The position numbers and the translations under genes are program-made. 64,000 bases of DNA. Source: Camelus ferus (lineage: Eukaryota). Within the stretch, counting starts at the first letter, position 1. Each line of letters begins with the position of its first letter. Below, one piece after another: positions 1 to 12,191 of this stretch. Below the pieces are notes generated by a model. It did not search any database. It saw only the letters and a list, made by a program, of their open reading frames with translations, and had not been told where the DNA came from. The DNA lies in NCBI RefSeq assembly GCF_009834535.1, contig NC_045697.1:39186001-39250000 (forward strand), in the 5' to 3' direction.

Positions 1-197
1 TGTGAGGGAGGCTCCGTTACCCTCCAGCGCGTTCCACAGCAAAGGTTGTTTGTTTACTGGTAGGTTGCTTCTTTTTTTTCTTTCATGTTTTTTTGTTTGT
101 TTGTTTTGGTAACTGCAAGTTAACACCCATCAAAATGTCAAGAAATTAACCCAGTAGGTTGAGCCCAGCTATTTTGCGAAGGAGGGGTTCAGGGTGG

Positions 198-284
198 AGA
201 AAAGAAAGAAAAGGGAAGGAAGGAAAGGGAAAGTAATGGAAGGGAAGGGAAGGGAAAGGAAGGGAAGGGAAGGGAAGGGAAAAG
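198..284 (+). repeat. (GGGAA)n-type purine-rich simple repeat
   Basis: Run of agggaaggga... units read directly. Confidence 0.9.
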
Positions 285-1508
285 TTCATTCACACTACAG
301 GTAAATATTGCCTTAAAAATTGTTGCATTTCCTACCTAGGAATGCAATAATTTTTGCATTCAACAGTCAAAAAAATTTTTTTAAGCTACTACATACTCAT
401 CCTCTCCATTAGCAACTTTCGGCCATGGGATAGTTTTTTTTTTTTAAATATTTGCATGACTCCATTTCTTTGGCTTCTTTGAATTGATTGAGCTTGTGTC
501 TGGCTTTCCCTCAGTTCTGCTCTCTTTGCATCATTGGTACCTGTGTTTCTATCTTTTTGACAAGAATAACTTCCAGAATATGGCCACTTTGAGAACAATC
601 TCTCAGGTTTCTCAGGACACCTAGATCAAGAAGCTTGGGTGATTTACTGTATAATTCTTAATAGATGAGCGACACTAGCCCTGGACAGGTGACAAGTAAA
701 TATGTTGTATCAGACTCTGCTTCTGCTCTTGGGCACAATCCAGTATCCACTTATTGTCCATTGGACGCAGGAAAATGAGTACTTAAAGCATCCTATGAAC
801 TAAGTCCCTGTGGCTCAGATGATTAATTCAGCATTATGTGCCAAAACTCTATAAACTAAATCTTATTAAATTTAGGGTGTCCCTGCTTAAACTAAACAAA
901 AGGTTCTCCTGAGCTCCCAACAGGAAAAAGTTCTCAAATCAGTTGGATAGGACCAGCTTATGTACTGAGACGCCCTAAAGTTATGACCCTAAAGTCACCA
1001 GTGGGGAGCCCAGGATTGGGGCCCAGTAATTGCTGAGACATTAAGGAAGGACTTTGGCTCACCGACTATGTGATTCTCAAGAGGACAAAGACACTTGTTC
1101 CTGATTGAGTGGTACGTGGAGAGTGGTAGACTCAGATCCCGGCATTGGAGACAATCCTCCCCACTAAGCTAGTTCTGTGGAGCAATGCTGCTCCTTAAAG
1201 ACTGTGAAAATGAAAATACTCTCACCCTCCTGTTACTGACAGAAAGCTTCAGTTAAATGAAACAAAAGGATTCAAAGAAAAGATCAATGTGATGTCTGTG
1301 TGTGGTGAAATAGAGGCGGAGCATTCCTCTAGCTCCACGCCTGTTCAAAATTCAGTGCTCCCCATTGCTATCCAATCCATTCCTCAACTGAAAATAAATG
1401 CTCAAGGCACCTATGTGTGCACGGTCCTAGGGGCTCTGTACTTGCTCTCAAGGGCTTTACCCTCTGGTATGGGATATAGCTATTAAACAAGTAAACTGCA
1501 AAAATAAT

Positions 1509-1532
1509 TGTGTGTGTGTGTGTGTGTGTGTG
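1509..1532 (+). repeat. (TG)12 microsatellite
   Basis: Direct reading. Confidence 0.95.
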
Positions 1533-1933
1533 TATAAAATTACAAACAAATACTAAGAAAGGGGGGGGGAACTATGGTGCTATGAAAAAAATGACGACAG
1601 GGAACACAGGTTACTGTGAAATAAGTCATGACGGATTATGTTTAATCTGAGACCTGAATGATACAGAGAAGCCATCTATTTCAAGGTGGAGGAAGAACCT
1701 TATGGTCGGTGGGGGACAAGGAAGATCTGAGCTAAAGGAACTGCAGGAGATACCACGTGAACGGCTGGGACGGAGAGCAACGGGGGGAGTGGGAGGAGAG
1801 GAAACTGGAGGAACAGGCAGGTGGTGGTAATACAGGGTTTTGCAGGGTAAGAAATTTGGGTTTTATTCTAAATGCACTGTGAAGCTATTAAAGGGCTTTT
1901 AGCAGGAGAAGAACCAGATAAGACTGATTTTTT

Positions 1934-2085
1934 AAACTTTTTTAAAGTTTTTTTTTTAATTTGGGGGGTTATTAGATTTATTTATTTATTTGTTCATTGA
2001 TTTATTAGTGGAGGCACTGGGGATTGAACCCAGGACCTCGTACATGCTAAGCATGCACTCTACCACTGAGCTATACCTTCACCTC
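1934..2085 (-). mobile_element. Vic-1-type tRNA-Ala-derived SINE (camelid)
   Basis: Minus strand GGTATAGCTCAGTGGTAGAGTGCATGCTTAGCATGTACGAGGTCCTGGGTTCAATCCCCAGTGCCTCCA (tRNA-Ala-AGC-like head with A/B boxes); (TAAA)/C-run/A-rich tail; TSD aagactgatttttt (1920-1933) / aggactgagtttttt (2086-2100). Confidence 0.9.
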
Positions 2086-2964
2086 AGGACTGAGTTTTTT
2101 AAAGATCACTCAATGTGGTGTGTCAAATGGGTTGGAGATAGAGACAGATGGTTAAGAAGGACCATAGGGAGGACAGTTAGGGGGTGATTTTAGTATCCAG
2201 GTAAGAGCTGATTATGACTGGGACTGGAGCGATAGTTGAGGAAACGGGAGAATGACTTTGAAAGTAGACAGACTAAACTTGGTGGCAAATTATATTTAGA
2301 AAAAAAGAAGATGGAGGGATCAAGAGTGACTTCAAAGATTCTGATTTAAAACTGTGGGTGGAGGACTATTGGTGAGAGCTAGAAACGAGAGGAGCCACAG
2401 CCTATAGGAGGAAATGAAGAGTTTGGTGTGGAACAGGCTAACTGAGCAACTTCAGGCGGACTTGAGAAGGAGACAGCTGGAGGGCAGGGACAGAGACTCT
2501 GAAAAGACTTCTGCTGTGATCATGCTGATGTCTCTGCTGCCCCACATAGTCTCCTGGAGCCCCAGCTGCCCCAAATGAGGAAATCTGGTCAGCCAAAGGA
2601 AACTCGGTATTTAATTTAATCAGATCACATACACTGTAGTACATTTGACTTGGCAACTCCAAGATGAATGGCTGCCAAGTCAAATTTTGAGCCAGATAAT
2701 GAGCTGTATCTATTGCAACCACATCTGCTTCCTGCTCTGCTGTAAGCAGAAAAGTTACCACCAGGTAGAACAACAGACAACATCAAGCATGGGAAGCAGC
2801 GGGTATTGGTTGCTGCAACAGTGAGGACTCTGAGATGGGGAAACTATATTAAAAACCAAAAAAGTCAGAGAGGACTAAGATGTACGGTAAGAACGCACTT
2901 CGACGTGTTTGGAGGGGTATCAGTGAGTCGGCTTTAAGAATGCCGGGGTCAAGGCAATCAGGAA

Positions 2965-2980
2965 CAGCGCCACCCAGTGC
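2965..2980 (-). promoter_or_regulatory. Candidate CTCF site
   Basis: Minus GCACTGGGTGGCGCTG resembles the CTCF core CCACYAGRKGGCGCY, in a locally CpG-retaining unique patch. Confidence 0.35.
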
Positions 2981-3199
2981 ATTCAGAGCGCCCCATGGAG
3001 CCAGGCTCCCCTGCCTTATGTTCATACCCAGGGGCATCTGTACTAGTCTCCTCACGGCAAAATGCGTCTCTTTTTCAGTGGGACGTTAAAGTATTTGCAC
3101 AACTGATCAAAAAGGAAGCCACCTAGTGGTTTTGAATTTGACTTACAGCTGAGTAGCAACATTCAATAGATTCTACTGAACTCTTGCCATGTCCCTGTA

Positions 3200-3310
3200 T
3201 TTGTCATCCCCATTTTACACATAAATAAATAGAGGCGCAGAGCAGTTGAGAAATGTGGCCAAGGTTATACATCTGGTGAATAGCAGAGGTAGAATTTAAT
3301 CCAAGCTGAT
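3200..3310 (-). mobile_element. MIR SINE core fragment
   Basis: atccccattttac...gaggcgcagagcagttgagaaatgtggccaagg core motif. Confidence 0.7.
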
Positions 3311-3597
3311 TGAATTTTCATACTGCAATGTTACTAATGAGAATGTGTCTCAATAAATTTGGGTAGGAAATTGAAGAATAAGTAGATCATTAATCAATCA
3401 ATTGCCTGTGATTTTTCATTTCAGAAGCCATTTATAGAACTTAGCTTTAATATTAATCATTCCTACCCTTCCATTCAATGAAAGCACACCACGAATATTA
3501 TTAAAAATTTCAGAAAGGCCAAATACATGAAAAAAATTCTGCCCAACCTGCAAAATACAAGGGTCAAGGGAATATATAAATAGAAAACATACTTTAA

Positions 3598-3729
3598 TTT
3601 TCTTTTGTTTTATTTTGGGGGGGGTAGTCAGGTTTATTTGTTTATTTAAACAGAGGTACTGGGGATTGAACCCAGGACCTCATGCATGCTAAGCACACAC
3701 TCTTCCACTCAGCTATATCCTTCCCCCCT
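3598..3729 (-). mobile_element. Vic-1-type tRNA-Ala-derived SINE (camelid)
   Basis: gaggtactggggattgaacccaggacctcatgcatgctaagcac...agctata; TSD gaaaacatactttaa (3583-3597) / gaaaatgtactttaa (3731-3745). Confidence 0.9.
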
Positions 3730-5054
3730 TGAAAATGTACTTTAAATTAGGTGATAGCATGCTTCTTTGCCATCTACATTGAAGAATAAAGTGTATGCTT
3801 TGCTTATTTTTTTAGGACTATAGGATATTTAACACTTCTTTTCCAATAAATAAAGATATCATGAAGATGGAAGGGAAGAAATTTCAAGATGATACCCCCA
3901 GGCAGTTTATATTTCAGTGCAGTTAGTCTATTCGCCATTTTCTGAACTCACAATATCCTCTGATACCTTTGCTTTTGCTCAGACTATTTCTTCACCCTCT
4001 AATGCCCATGGGTCTCCTTTCACTTTATGTAACTTCTTATACCAAAATCCCACCCAACCACAAAGACTGCTCAAATGAGACTTCTCCCATGACCGCTTCT
4101 ACTAATAGCAGAAATAAAAATATCTCCATTATATTTTGTACCTTTTCAGAACACCCCACATTCTATTTATCTTAACTGTCCCCTCTAGTTTGAAAGCCTC
4201 TTGAGAGCAGAAGCTGTATTTTATGCATCTTTGCGCCCCTCTCCTTTCATTCAAATGCTAGGCATGCTTCACCACAGAGGGAAGTCAAAGAGTTCAGCAA
4301 GGAAATCATCCCCTAAAAGCCTGAAACATTCTCAAAGCTAGCACAGAAAGCATGGCTTTTTTTCCAGGAATACTCTCAGATTCTCATTAGAACTAGTATC
4401 ATGGCTCTCTTGCAGAAGGAATATAGCCTGAGTCTCCAAAATTATCCTGATACAAGCTTTACTTGCTCTATCAATCTTTCCTAAGTAAGTAAATTTTGGA
4501 GCAAGGCTCCACTGAGGACTGAGACAATCTCTGTTAGGTTTGTAGAAAGACCTATGCAGAGATAATCAGAGTATAGAAGGCACCCAGTCTCCCATTATTT
4601 ATCCTCCGAACTAGTCCCTTCTCTGCTATTCCTTGTCCCTTTTAAAGAAAAAGATCAAAGACAAAACAAACTGTTCATTAAAATTAAAATGTGAAACAGT
4701 AGAAGTAATGACTATAGCAACGACCACTCCAACTTGATTAAAAAAATCACCAATAAGAATCTGACAAAATCCTTTATGTGAATTAGAAATCTATAAATAA
4801 AATAGACTACATCCTGACTGGCAAATGAAATTTAGTTCAGGATTTATTCATGAGAGAGCATCATAGGTGAGGGTCCTTGAAGATTAACATTCTTGGTCAG
4901 GAAGAAACTAGGAGCAGAATCCTCACCTTAGAGACTTGCAAATCCAAGTGCAGTACCACTCCCAGAATTGGCAAGCACTCAGAACTTTACAACATGGCCA
5001 GTGGAGAGAAAAACTCAGTGGAACATGGTAATGGAAAAAAGTAGGGGCATTCGA

Positions 5055-5260
5055 GATAACAATAGCCACTAACATGCACTGAGCCTTACTACGTACCAGG
5101 TGCTGAGCTAAGACCTTTATTTCCATCACTTCATTTAATTCCCACAACAATATTATAACGGACGTCCTATTTTCATTCCTTTTTTTAATTAAAGAGAATG
5201 AGGTTTAGAGAGATTATGTGGCTCTCACAATGTCAGCATCTAGCAAGTATTGGCATGTGA
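5055..5260 (-). mobile_element. MIR SINE
   Basis: actgagccttactacgtaccaggtgctgagctaag...ttcatttaattcccacaacaa. Confidence 0.75.
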
Positions 5261-5519
5261 ACTACCCTAGCAATAGGTCTGGTGCACAAAGAAGCTGGCC
5301 TGCAGTTAAAATCATTATGCCCAACCAGGGTCAGCTATGGTAGCAAATACGTAAGTGAGTGTCTTGGAAGAAGCAGTGCTCACACTGCAGCAGGGTGAGG
5401 ATGGTATCAGGGTCTTGGGGGTTTATCTGGTACAGAACCCAGTTTCCCGGGAGTGAAAGTACTAAATGGGTTTCCAAGGTGACCTATGCATGCCAAGGTT
5501 CAATTCAAGAAATTGGAGG

Positions 5520-5996
5520 GTGGAACAGAGGTTTGTTTGTCCCTTGGCCCCCCCCTTGACCCACTTAAAATTTGAGCTGTGCTGAGATGACCAGTCCCCA
5601 CACTTGCTGCCAGTATCCCGTCTCATGTGCTCACTGCGTCTCTCCACTGTGCGGCCCAGGGGCTTTCCCTGAAGCCCCAGGAGCTCACTCAGCCTGCTCA
5701 GGGCAGCCCAAAGTTAATGTCCCCAAGGACAGTCCTGAGTCAGTTGGGATGGAGGCTGCCCCAGCCTCCTATGGTAAGGAGCTGCAACCCCAAGGCTCGT
5801 TCTCAGGGTTCCATGGAGGGCCCCAGGGTGCCTGAGCGCCAGTCACTCATAGCAGGAACCAGCCCAGTGATACACCTGGCATGGCTGTACTTTCCACCCT
5901 GTCTCACTGTCCCTGTGCCTCACTCCGACTACGCGGGATCACTTCCAGCCAAGTAACTGCACAACGGTTCTTCACAGAGTATTAAAACTTAAGACA
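5520..5996 (+). mobile_element. ERVL solo LTR, LTR16C-like
   Basis: ctgcgtctct...gggctttc...gttaatgtcccc...ccctgtctcact...gggatcacttcc...aacttaagaca end, as recalled for LTR16. Confidence 0.65.
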
Positions 5997-6502
5997 AAGG
6001 ATCAACAGGAAACCAAGAGACAAAATATGCCTTAAACTCTGTGCAAATATGACAGGCAATGAGTTGAAGTGTGATCAGTGCCAGTTTGGGCTCCAAGGCA
6101 CCACACCACCTCTCACTTGAACTACAGCTTTATTTACCTCATGTGTCTCTTTTTCTCCCCCTGACAACTTATTCTCCTCACAGAAGCCTAAGTGACCTTT
6201 TAAAATGTACTCCAAAAAAATTAATTAATTAATAAAAAAATGTAATAGGACCTTATCATCACTTTGAAATCCTCCAAAGCCTTCCAATCACACATGGGAT
6301 AGAATCTCAAGTCTTTCCCATGGCCTCAGGCATGTAGGATCTGGCTTCCAGATGCCTCCAAGTTCAACTTCTGCTGTTGTTCTCAAATTCTATAGCCTGA
6401 AACAGTCCTCTCCAAATTAGCGATTCTTCCACTCCCATCACATTTACCCTTCTCTATCCTTATAGTCTACACAGCACTTATCACTGCATGACTTGTTATT
6501 TA

Positions 6503-7128
6503 TGGCAGCTATGCTCTATAAATTCTCTGTGACTGCTGAATTAGCAAAGACAGAACCATTGCTCCTAAAGGAAACTTTGGGTTAGGTTCCTGTGAGCCTC
6601 AGGACACATTTTTATCACCTATCAATATAGAACGTTGTTTTATGTGTGTTTCTGTTCAAAGACACCTTATTTAATACAAACTGTTGATTTGTTAACATTG
6701 AACTCACAGCCAACAGCACTATAGCTCACGCCTGAATGAAGCTGATCTAACAAGCATATTTTCTCCATCAGGCACATCGTAGCTTTCTTAAGCTTAGGAA
6801 AACTAGACAGTATTCCAGTACTACCCTTGGGGCCACTGGAAATAGCAAAATCACTCCCCTCAAAACACATAAAAATTGTAAAAACCATGGCATTAAGTAG
6901 GCCATGAAAAGGACACGTGTTTACAGAATCAGAGTAGAAACAAGATCATCACCTTGTTGGACTTCAGCTGAGAACATGCACAAAAGGCGACTCAAATTTT
7001 CTGCTATACAGTATATGTCTGTGAATGATTGCAAAAGTGCTGCAACAATCGATTTCAGGGCTTACAAATACATTTTAGCAAGTAGGCAAACTCACAAATA
7101 GAGAACTTTGAATAATGAAGGTCAATCA
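6503..7128 (-). mobile_element. MER82-like TcMar-Tigger non-autonomous DNA transposon
   Basis: Minus strand carries a remnant CENP-B/psq-type HTH (ORF 6667-6888 KKATMCLMEKICLLDQLHSGVSYSAVGCEFNVNKST) and follows the recalled MER82 consensus. Confidence 0.85.
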
Positions 7129-7218
7129 TATTTATTTGTTCACTTTGTATTATCTATCTCCTTTTCTTAATACCTAAGCTCTATAATAGGGAAGGCTTTT
7201 TCTGGTTATTGTTTGTTT

Positions 7219-7424
7219 TTATATATCCAAAATATTATTTAAACGTCTAATCAATATGAAAATATTAACTTGATAGTTTACATTCTTTTGTTTGTTTATT
7301 TGTTTCAAAGCTTCGACATCCAGCATGTATGTTTTTACTTCCAACGCACTTCAGTTTGGACTAGCCGGCTTTCAAGTGCTCAATAGCCACATGTGGTCAG
7401 TGGCTACCATATTAGACAGTTCAG
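7219..7424. mobile_element. MER33/MER3-like hAT-Charlie fragment
   Basis: ttcaagtgctcaatagccacatgtggtcagtggctaccatattagacagttcag terminus. Confidence 0.8.
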
Positions 7425-9471
7425 GTCTGGAACAATGACTGTACATAATAAGTCCCCAGTAAACACTGTTGAGTGAATTCATTGCTTTCTATATTCTAGA
7501 CACTGAACCAAGAAGTTTACATACTTCAGATCACTTAATTCACACAACCTTGCGTTGTTACCTTTTATTATCCTCTTTTTACAATTCAGCACAATTCAGA
7601 TGAGCTAAAGAATTCCAAAACAAGGAGTCTCCATCAGACCAAATCTAATGCCTCCAAATATATCTTCATTAAAAGATACTAATACAGTTTTCCTCAAAAT
7701 ATTCATTACGATATCAGTCAAAAGATGTTTGGCTAAATATAGCAAGCAGGTTTTACATTTTTAAGAACCAAGAAATGCTATTACTATAGTTCATATATGC
7801 CGGAGTGATTAAGCCCACTGCCCCCACAAGCCTGTCTGTCTGCTGTCCTTGTAATTTGCCAGAGGCTCACTGGGAAGGCTGGCACCGCCGCTGGCTAGGC
7901 TTTGGAGCATGAAGCATCAGGTATCTTGCGCTTATTACCAACAACATCGAAGAAAGCATTGTTATCCTTCGAAGCCATGTAACTCCTTTCGTTTTCCTAC
8001 TGTGTGGAATAACTTCTGCTATTTTTTTCTTATCTGTAAAGCAAACATTATTACCTTTGTTCCACAAATTTCTACAGTTAAAAAATACTTCCTGACAGCT
8101 CTAGAATGGCAATGTAATCATCAAATTATAATATTTACCTTCTTATGATTCCAAAAAGGACATAGGGTGGCTTAATCAATTAATATGAACAACTCACAAC
8201 TGATTTCTTGTTTTGTGATAACACAATTTTTTCTGCTCATATAAAAATCTGCAAGATTAATCAGAGGTAATTTATTAGAGAGCAGAAATAGAGACAAGAG
8301 AAGGTTCTTCAATCAGAGCAGCTGTAGGATAATAAAGCTCATTTTGATTCTAGTAAAAATTGAAGAGCCCTCAGTATCAGGGTGAAAATTGCAAATCATG
8401 TTTTCAAAATGCCTGTAATTCCAGACTCTGATTAGCCAATGTTACACTGTCCTATCCCCTCGGCTTGCAGTGTGTTACCTACACACTTGGACAGAAAGTA
8501 ATCTGGACACACCAGTCGGTGGAGAGGGCACCAGAGCCAGGCCTCTGTGACGTGGGTCATTACAGACCTATAAGTGTGCTCCCTCCATCAGATTTTCCTA
8601 CAGTGACAGAGCTTTTAAATAGGATAATAATCAGCACTTTTTTCTAATCCACCTATGATCTCCAGGCTTTCTGCTCTTCTTCTTCTTTAAATATCTCCAA
8701 ATATGAAATTCCCAAGAAATAAACCATACACGTGCATCATGTCCCATCACAGAGTAACCAGAAGTGAATTGCACATTACCATCAGGGTTGAAAATATTCT
8801 TAAATGGTGAGAGAAAAATGCCCCCATCTTCTCTAAGAGGCTTATAATGTTTGAGGGAAATTCATAAGAAACAAATTACCAAAGCTGTCTCTGTTTTAAA
8901 GCAAATGTGAGAGGTATGCTTTGAGAGGTGGTGGTGCTGAGAACAAGTCAATCCGATATCAACTGCATGTTGATTCTGTTGGTTCTGAAAAGTCCTCAGC
9001 ATTAAAAATAAAAAATAAAAAACCCACAACAGTTGCTTTAAAAATTCCAAATTAGCATGGGGTAGCAAAACAGATGCTAGAGTGTGAGCTTTAGTCCAAC
9101 TGGCATTTTTAGTCAGGAGACAGAAAGAGTCAGAGACCAGAGTCCCAACAAGAGGAAGAAAATTGTTCCTCCAAAGGTCAGATAGTGAAGGTGGAAAGAA
9201 AGGGCAGGCTACAGGGCCTGAGGCTACAGGGAGCCAGAGAAGGGGACTGGAAATAAGCAGCCCTGGGAGGATCAGCTCCTAAATCTGTAGATGTGGCTGC
9301 AGGGTGACAAGCTGCCTTAGCTACTTGATGGAATGCCTAGTCTATCTTCCTTAATATGAAGTTATGTTGGTGATATTCCTCACTTGGCAATACATGTTCT
9401 GATATTCCTCACCTCACAAGACCCTCCAGAATATTTCCCAAAGTCCTCCCTGTCAAAGTTTTTATGGTCAC

Positions 9472-9888
9472 TGTGATGGTTAATTTTATGTGTCAACCTG
9501 ACTGGGCCAAGAAATACCCAGATAGCTGGTGAAACATTAATTCTAGGTGTGTCCAAGAGGGTGCCACCAGAGGATAGCAGCATTTGAATCTGCAGACTGA
9601 GTAGAGGCTGCCTTCACCAATGCAGCCTGAATAGAACAAAAAGATGGAGGAAGAGTGAATTTGGCTTGAACCAGGACATGCATCTTCTCCTGCCCTTACA
9701 CATCTGCCTTCCTGGTTCTCCAGCTTCTGGTCTCAGACTAGGACTTACAGCACTGGCCCACCAGTTCATTGGCCTTTGGACTCAAACTGAATCACAACAC
9801 TGCCTTTCCTAGCTCTCCAGCTTGCATAGAGCTGATTGTGGACTCTGGCCTCCATAACCATGTGAGCCAATCCTTATAATAAATCTCT

Positions 9889-9939
<51 letters not shown>

Positions 9940-9979
9940 CCCATTGGTTCTGTTTCTCTGGAGAACCCAGGCTAGTACA
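9472..9979 (+). mobile_element. MLT2 (ERVL) solo LTR
   Basis: Starts tgtgatggttaattttatgtgtcaacctgactgg; AATAAA; ends ttggttctgtttctctggagaacccaggctagtaca. Confidence 0.9.
9891..9938 (+). repeat. (TATC)12 microsatellite inside MLT2
   Basis: Direct reading. Confidence 0.95.
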
Positions 9980-10059
9980 GCCATCATGCACAGAGTTGAG
10001 ATCAGAGAAGCTGTGCTGAGAATATAAATTATAGTTTCTGCACAGAAAGACTTTCTGTC

Positions 10060-10855
10060 ATCCATGAATTCACTCACTCCCTCCTTTACTGAACACATAT
10101 AAATTGGAAAGCCCACAGTGTTACGGGCACTGTTCTAGGGTAGGGCATACAGGAATTTATGTATCTAACAAAACCCTTGATATCCTGGAAAATTATTTCT
10201 AGTTGGGGAAGATAGATATTAAATAAGACAACATGCAAATGATATAATTCCAGACAAACAGTGGGGTAGAGAGTTGGAGCCAGATAGTGAAGGCCTGGGC
10301 ACAGCCCAGAATGGCTAACATTGTTTTGTATTCCCTAGAAGCCTTGAGGTCTCCCCGCTGGCTGTAGCATGGATTAAGTCTCATCTCATCTAACAATACA
10401 CAAATATCCTGAGTATACATGCCAAGCCTAAGAAAATGCTGACACCACGCAGCAGTAAGATGCAGGGCAAAACTGATTTACGACAGCATTGTTAGCGACA
10501 GGGGAAAGTGTGGGAAGGGACTAGAGAGTGACTGGGGTGGTTGTACTCTAAGTAGGGCAGTCAAGGAAGGCTTCTGAAACACCGGTACTTGAGCAGGAAC
10601 TTCATGGTGCAATAGCAGAGGGAAGAGTCTGAGCCCAAATAGAGTGTCAGGTATTCAGGGAACTGTAAGAAAGTCAGTGTGTTTAGAATATGGTGATCAA
10701 GGGCAAACAGCCATGGGAGATGAGGTCAGGAGGTTGGCAGAAGATCACACAAGATCCTATAGACCATGGTAAGAAGTTCGGGGGCTATTTTAAAGGCACT
10801 GGGGTGCCATTGGAGGGCATTAAACCAGGAGTAAGTTGGTGTGATTTGAAACTGC
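10060..10855 (-). mobile_element. L2 LINE fragments
   Basis: ggcactgttctagg; cagtcaaggaaggcttctga; gaccatggtaagaagttcggg...gccattggaggg. Confidence 0.6.
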
Positions 10856-11290
10856 TAAACTCTTCGGAGGAAGACAGCACAAAAGGAGGACATACTCAGC
10901 AATCAGTACTCCGTTTCAGGTCAACGCAGACCCTGGAAGAAGAGGAAATTAAAACAGGGAGCTGGCAGGTTGTGCAAAAACAACAGTAGAAAGGGTTCAA
11001 GAATTAGCTGAAATAGAGTGGCCCAAATCAAGTGAAAGGACAGTTTCATGGAACAGACATGCTTATGCAAAAATGTGTAGTGTTCAGGGAAGAGAATGGA
11101 CTGTCAACAGAGTATAGAGCCTGCTGAGTCCTATCAAATGTACTGACCATCACACACTCCTGTTTCTTTATATAAGAAGAAATAGTCCTTCCAGATGAGA
11201 ACCAGAAAAACATCTTTAGAAACTATGACACCTTGAGGTCAGAAAAGGACATGTTTTTAGAATGAAGAGTATTGATTCTCTTATTACCTT

Positions 11291-11718
11291 TGGCTGCGGC
11301 CATGGTGGTACTTCCTTGGATCTTCCTTTGAGAACCTGCTGCAAGTTTTTCTCCTTCTGCTGTGCCTTCAGTGTTCATTGCAGAGGCCACTCTCTCCCCA
11401 GACAATCCCTAGCCAATTACACTCACAGTGGGGACACCGGAGATCAGCCGTTTCTACTCTGTGTCGCCCTTCTCTAATGAGCAGTCTTCACAGGACTGGC
11501 CAAGACGCTCTCACTCCTGGACTTCAGTCTGAACCTTTTCCATCCCATCCTCTTCCCTGAGCCTTCTCCTTTCACAGGATTTAGACCTGGATTGCCATCT
11601 GCAGCCATTACGCCTGCGCCCTCTCCTCTTTGCCTTTCACAGGCATTACCTCTTACAAATCTCTTGTATTCCTAACTCCATCTCAGCATCTGCTTCCCAA
11701 AGTTCCTGAACTGACACA
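11291..11718 (+). mobile_element. ERVL solo LTR, LTR16B/E-like
   Basis: gcggccatgg start; tttcacaggcattacc...aaatctcttgta...catctgcttc...aactgacaca end. Confidence 0.7.
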
Positions 11719-12147
11719 GAAACTGTGGAAATGGAAAGAGATGAAAATGTTGGAAATGAAAAAGAGAGAAAAACATGTTTCCTGTGAGCAGAAATACGGT
11801 CTTGTGGTGCAGGGCCTGCGTGCTTTGTATTCCGTTCTCTCAGACACAATTACCCACATTAAAAGGACAGAGACATAAAACCAGATTAGCCGTAAAATGC
11901 AATTGCTTTTAGGAAGCATGTGTTTAATGCATTCAGAGGGAGATGAGAGGATGGAAAGAAGATGGAATCCATAGGGAAAGAAAGGCTTAAATTGAAGACA
12001 ATGGCAAAAAAGGAATTGAATAAAATTTTTAAAAAACACAAAAATCTCCAAATACAACAGCAAATTTAAAATCTGTATTGGTGTCAATCAGAAAACCAAA
12101 TGTTAATTGTGGTTAACTGAATAAATGATGCTAAGAATCAACTTAAT

Positions 12148-12191
12148 AGAGAAAAGAAGGTGATGAGAGAAAAGAAGGTGATGAGAGAAAA
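12148..12191 (+). repeat. 18-bp tandem duplication (AGAGAAAAGAAGGTGATG x2.4) in a probable old L1 remnant
   Basis: Direct reading. Confidence 0.85.

Larger units (their letters stand above)
1390..2440 (-). mobile_element. L2 LINE fragment, interrupted by (TG)n and a Vic-1 SINE
   Basis: Degenerate L2 motifs (ctgagacctgaatga; tttgggttttattctaaatgcactgtgaagctattaaaggg) in reverse orientation. Confidence 0.6.
6160..7480 (+). mobile_element. L2 LINE 3' region split by MER82 and MER33 insertions
   Basis: gtgaccttttaaaatg...aatcctccaaagccttcc; resumes at about 7130 and 7425 (acataataagtccccagtaaacactgttgagtgaat). Confidence 0.6.

Noticed and set aside
389..598. Processed pseudogene or coding exon
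   Set aside because: No recognisable protein, crosses a T homopolymer, no TSD or tail
2009..2079. tRNA-Ala(AGC) gene (also about 3652-3720)
   Set aside because: Followed by a SINE tail and flanked by TSDs, with acceptor-stem mismatches; these are SINE heads
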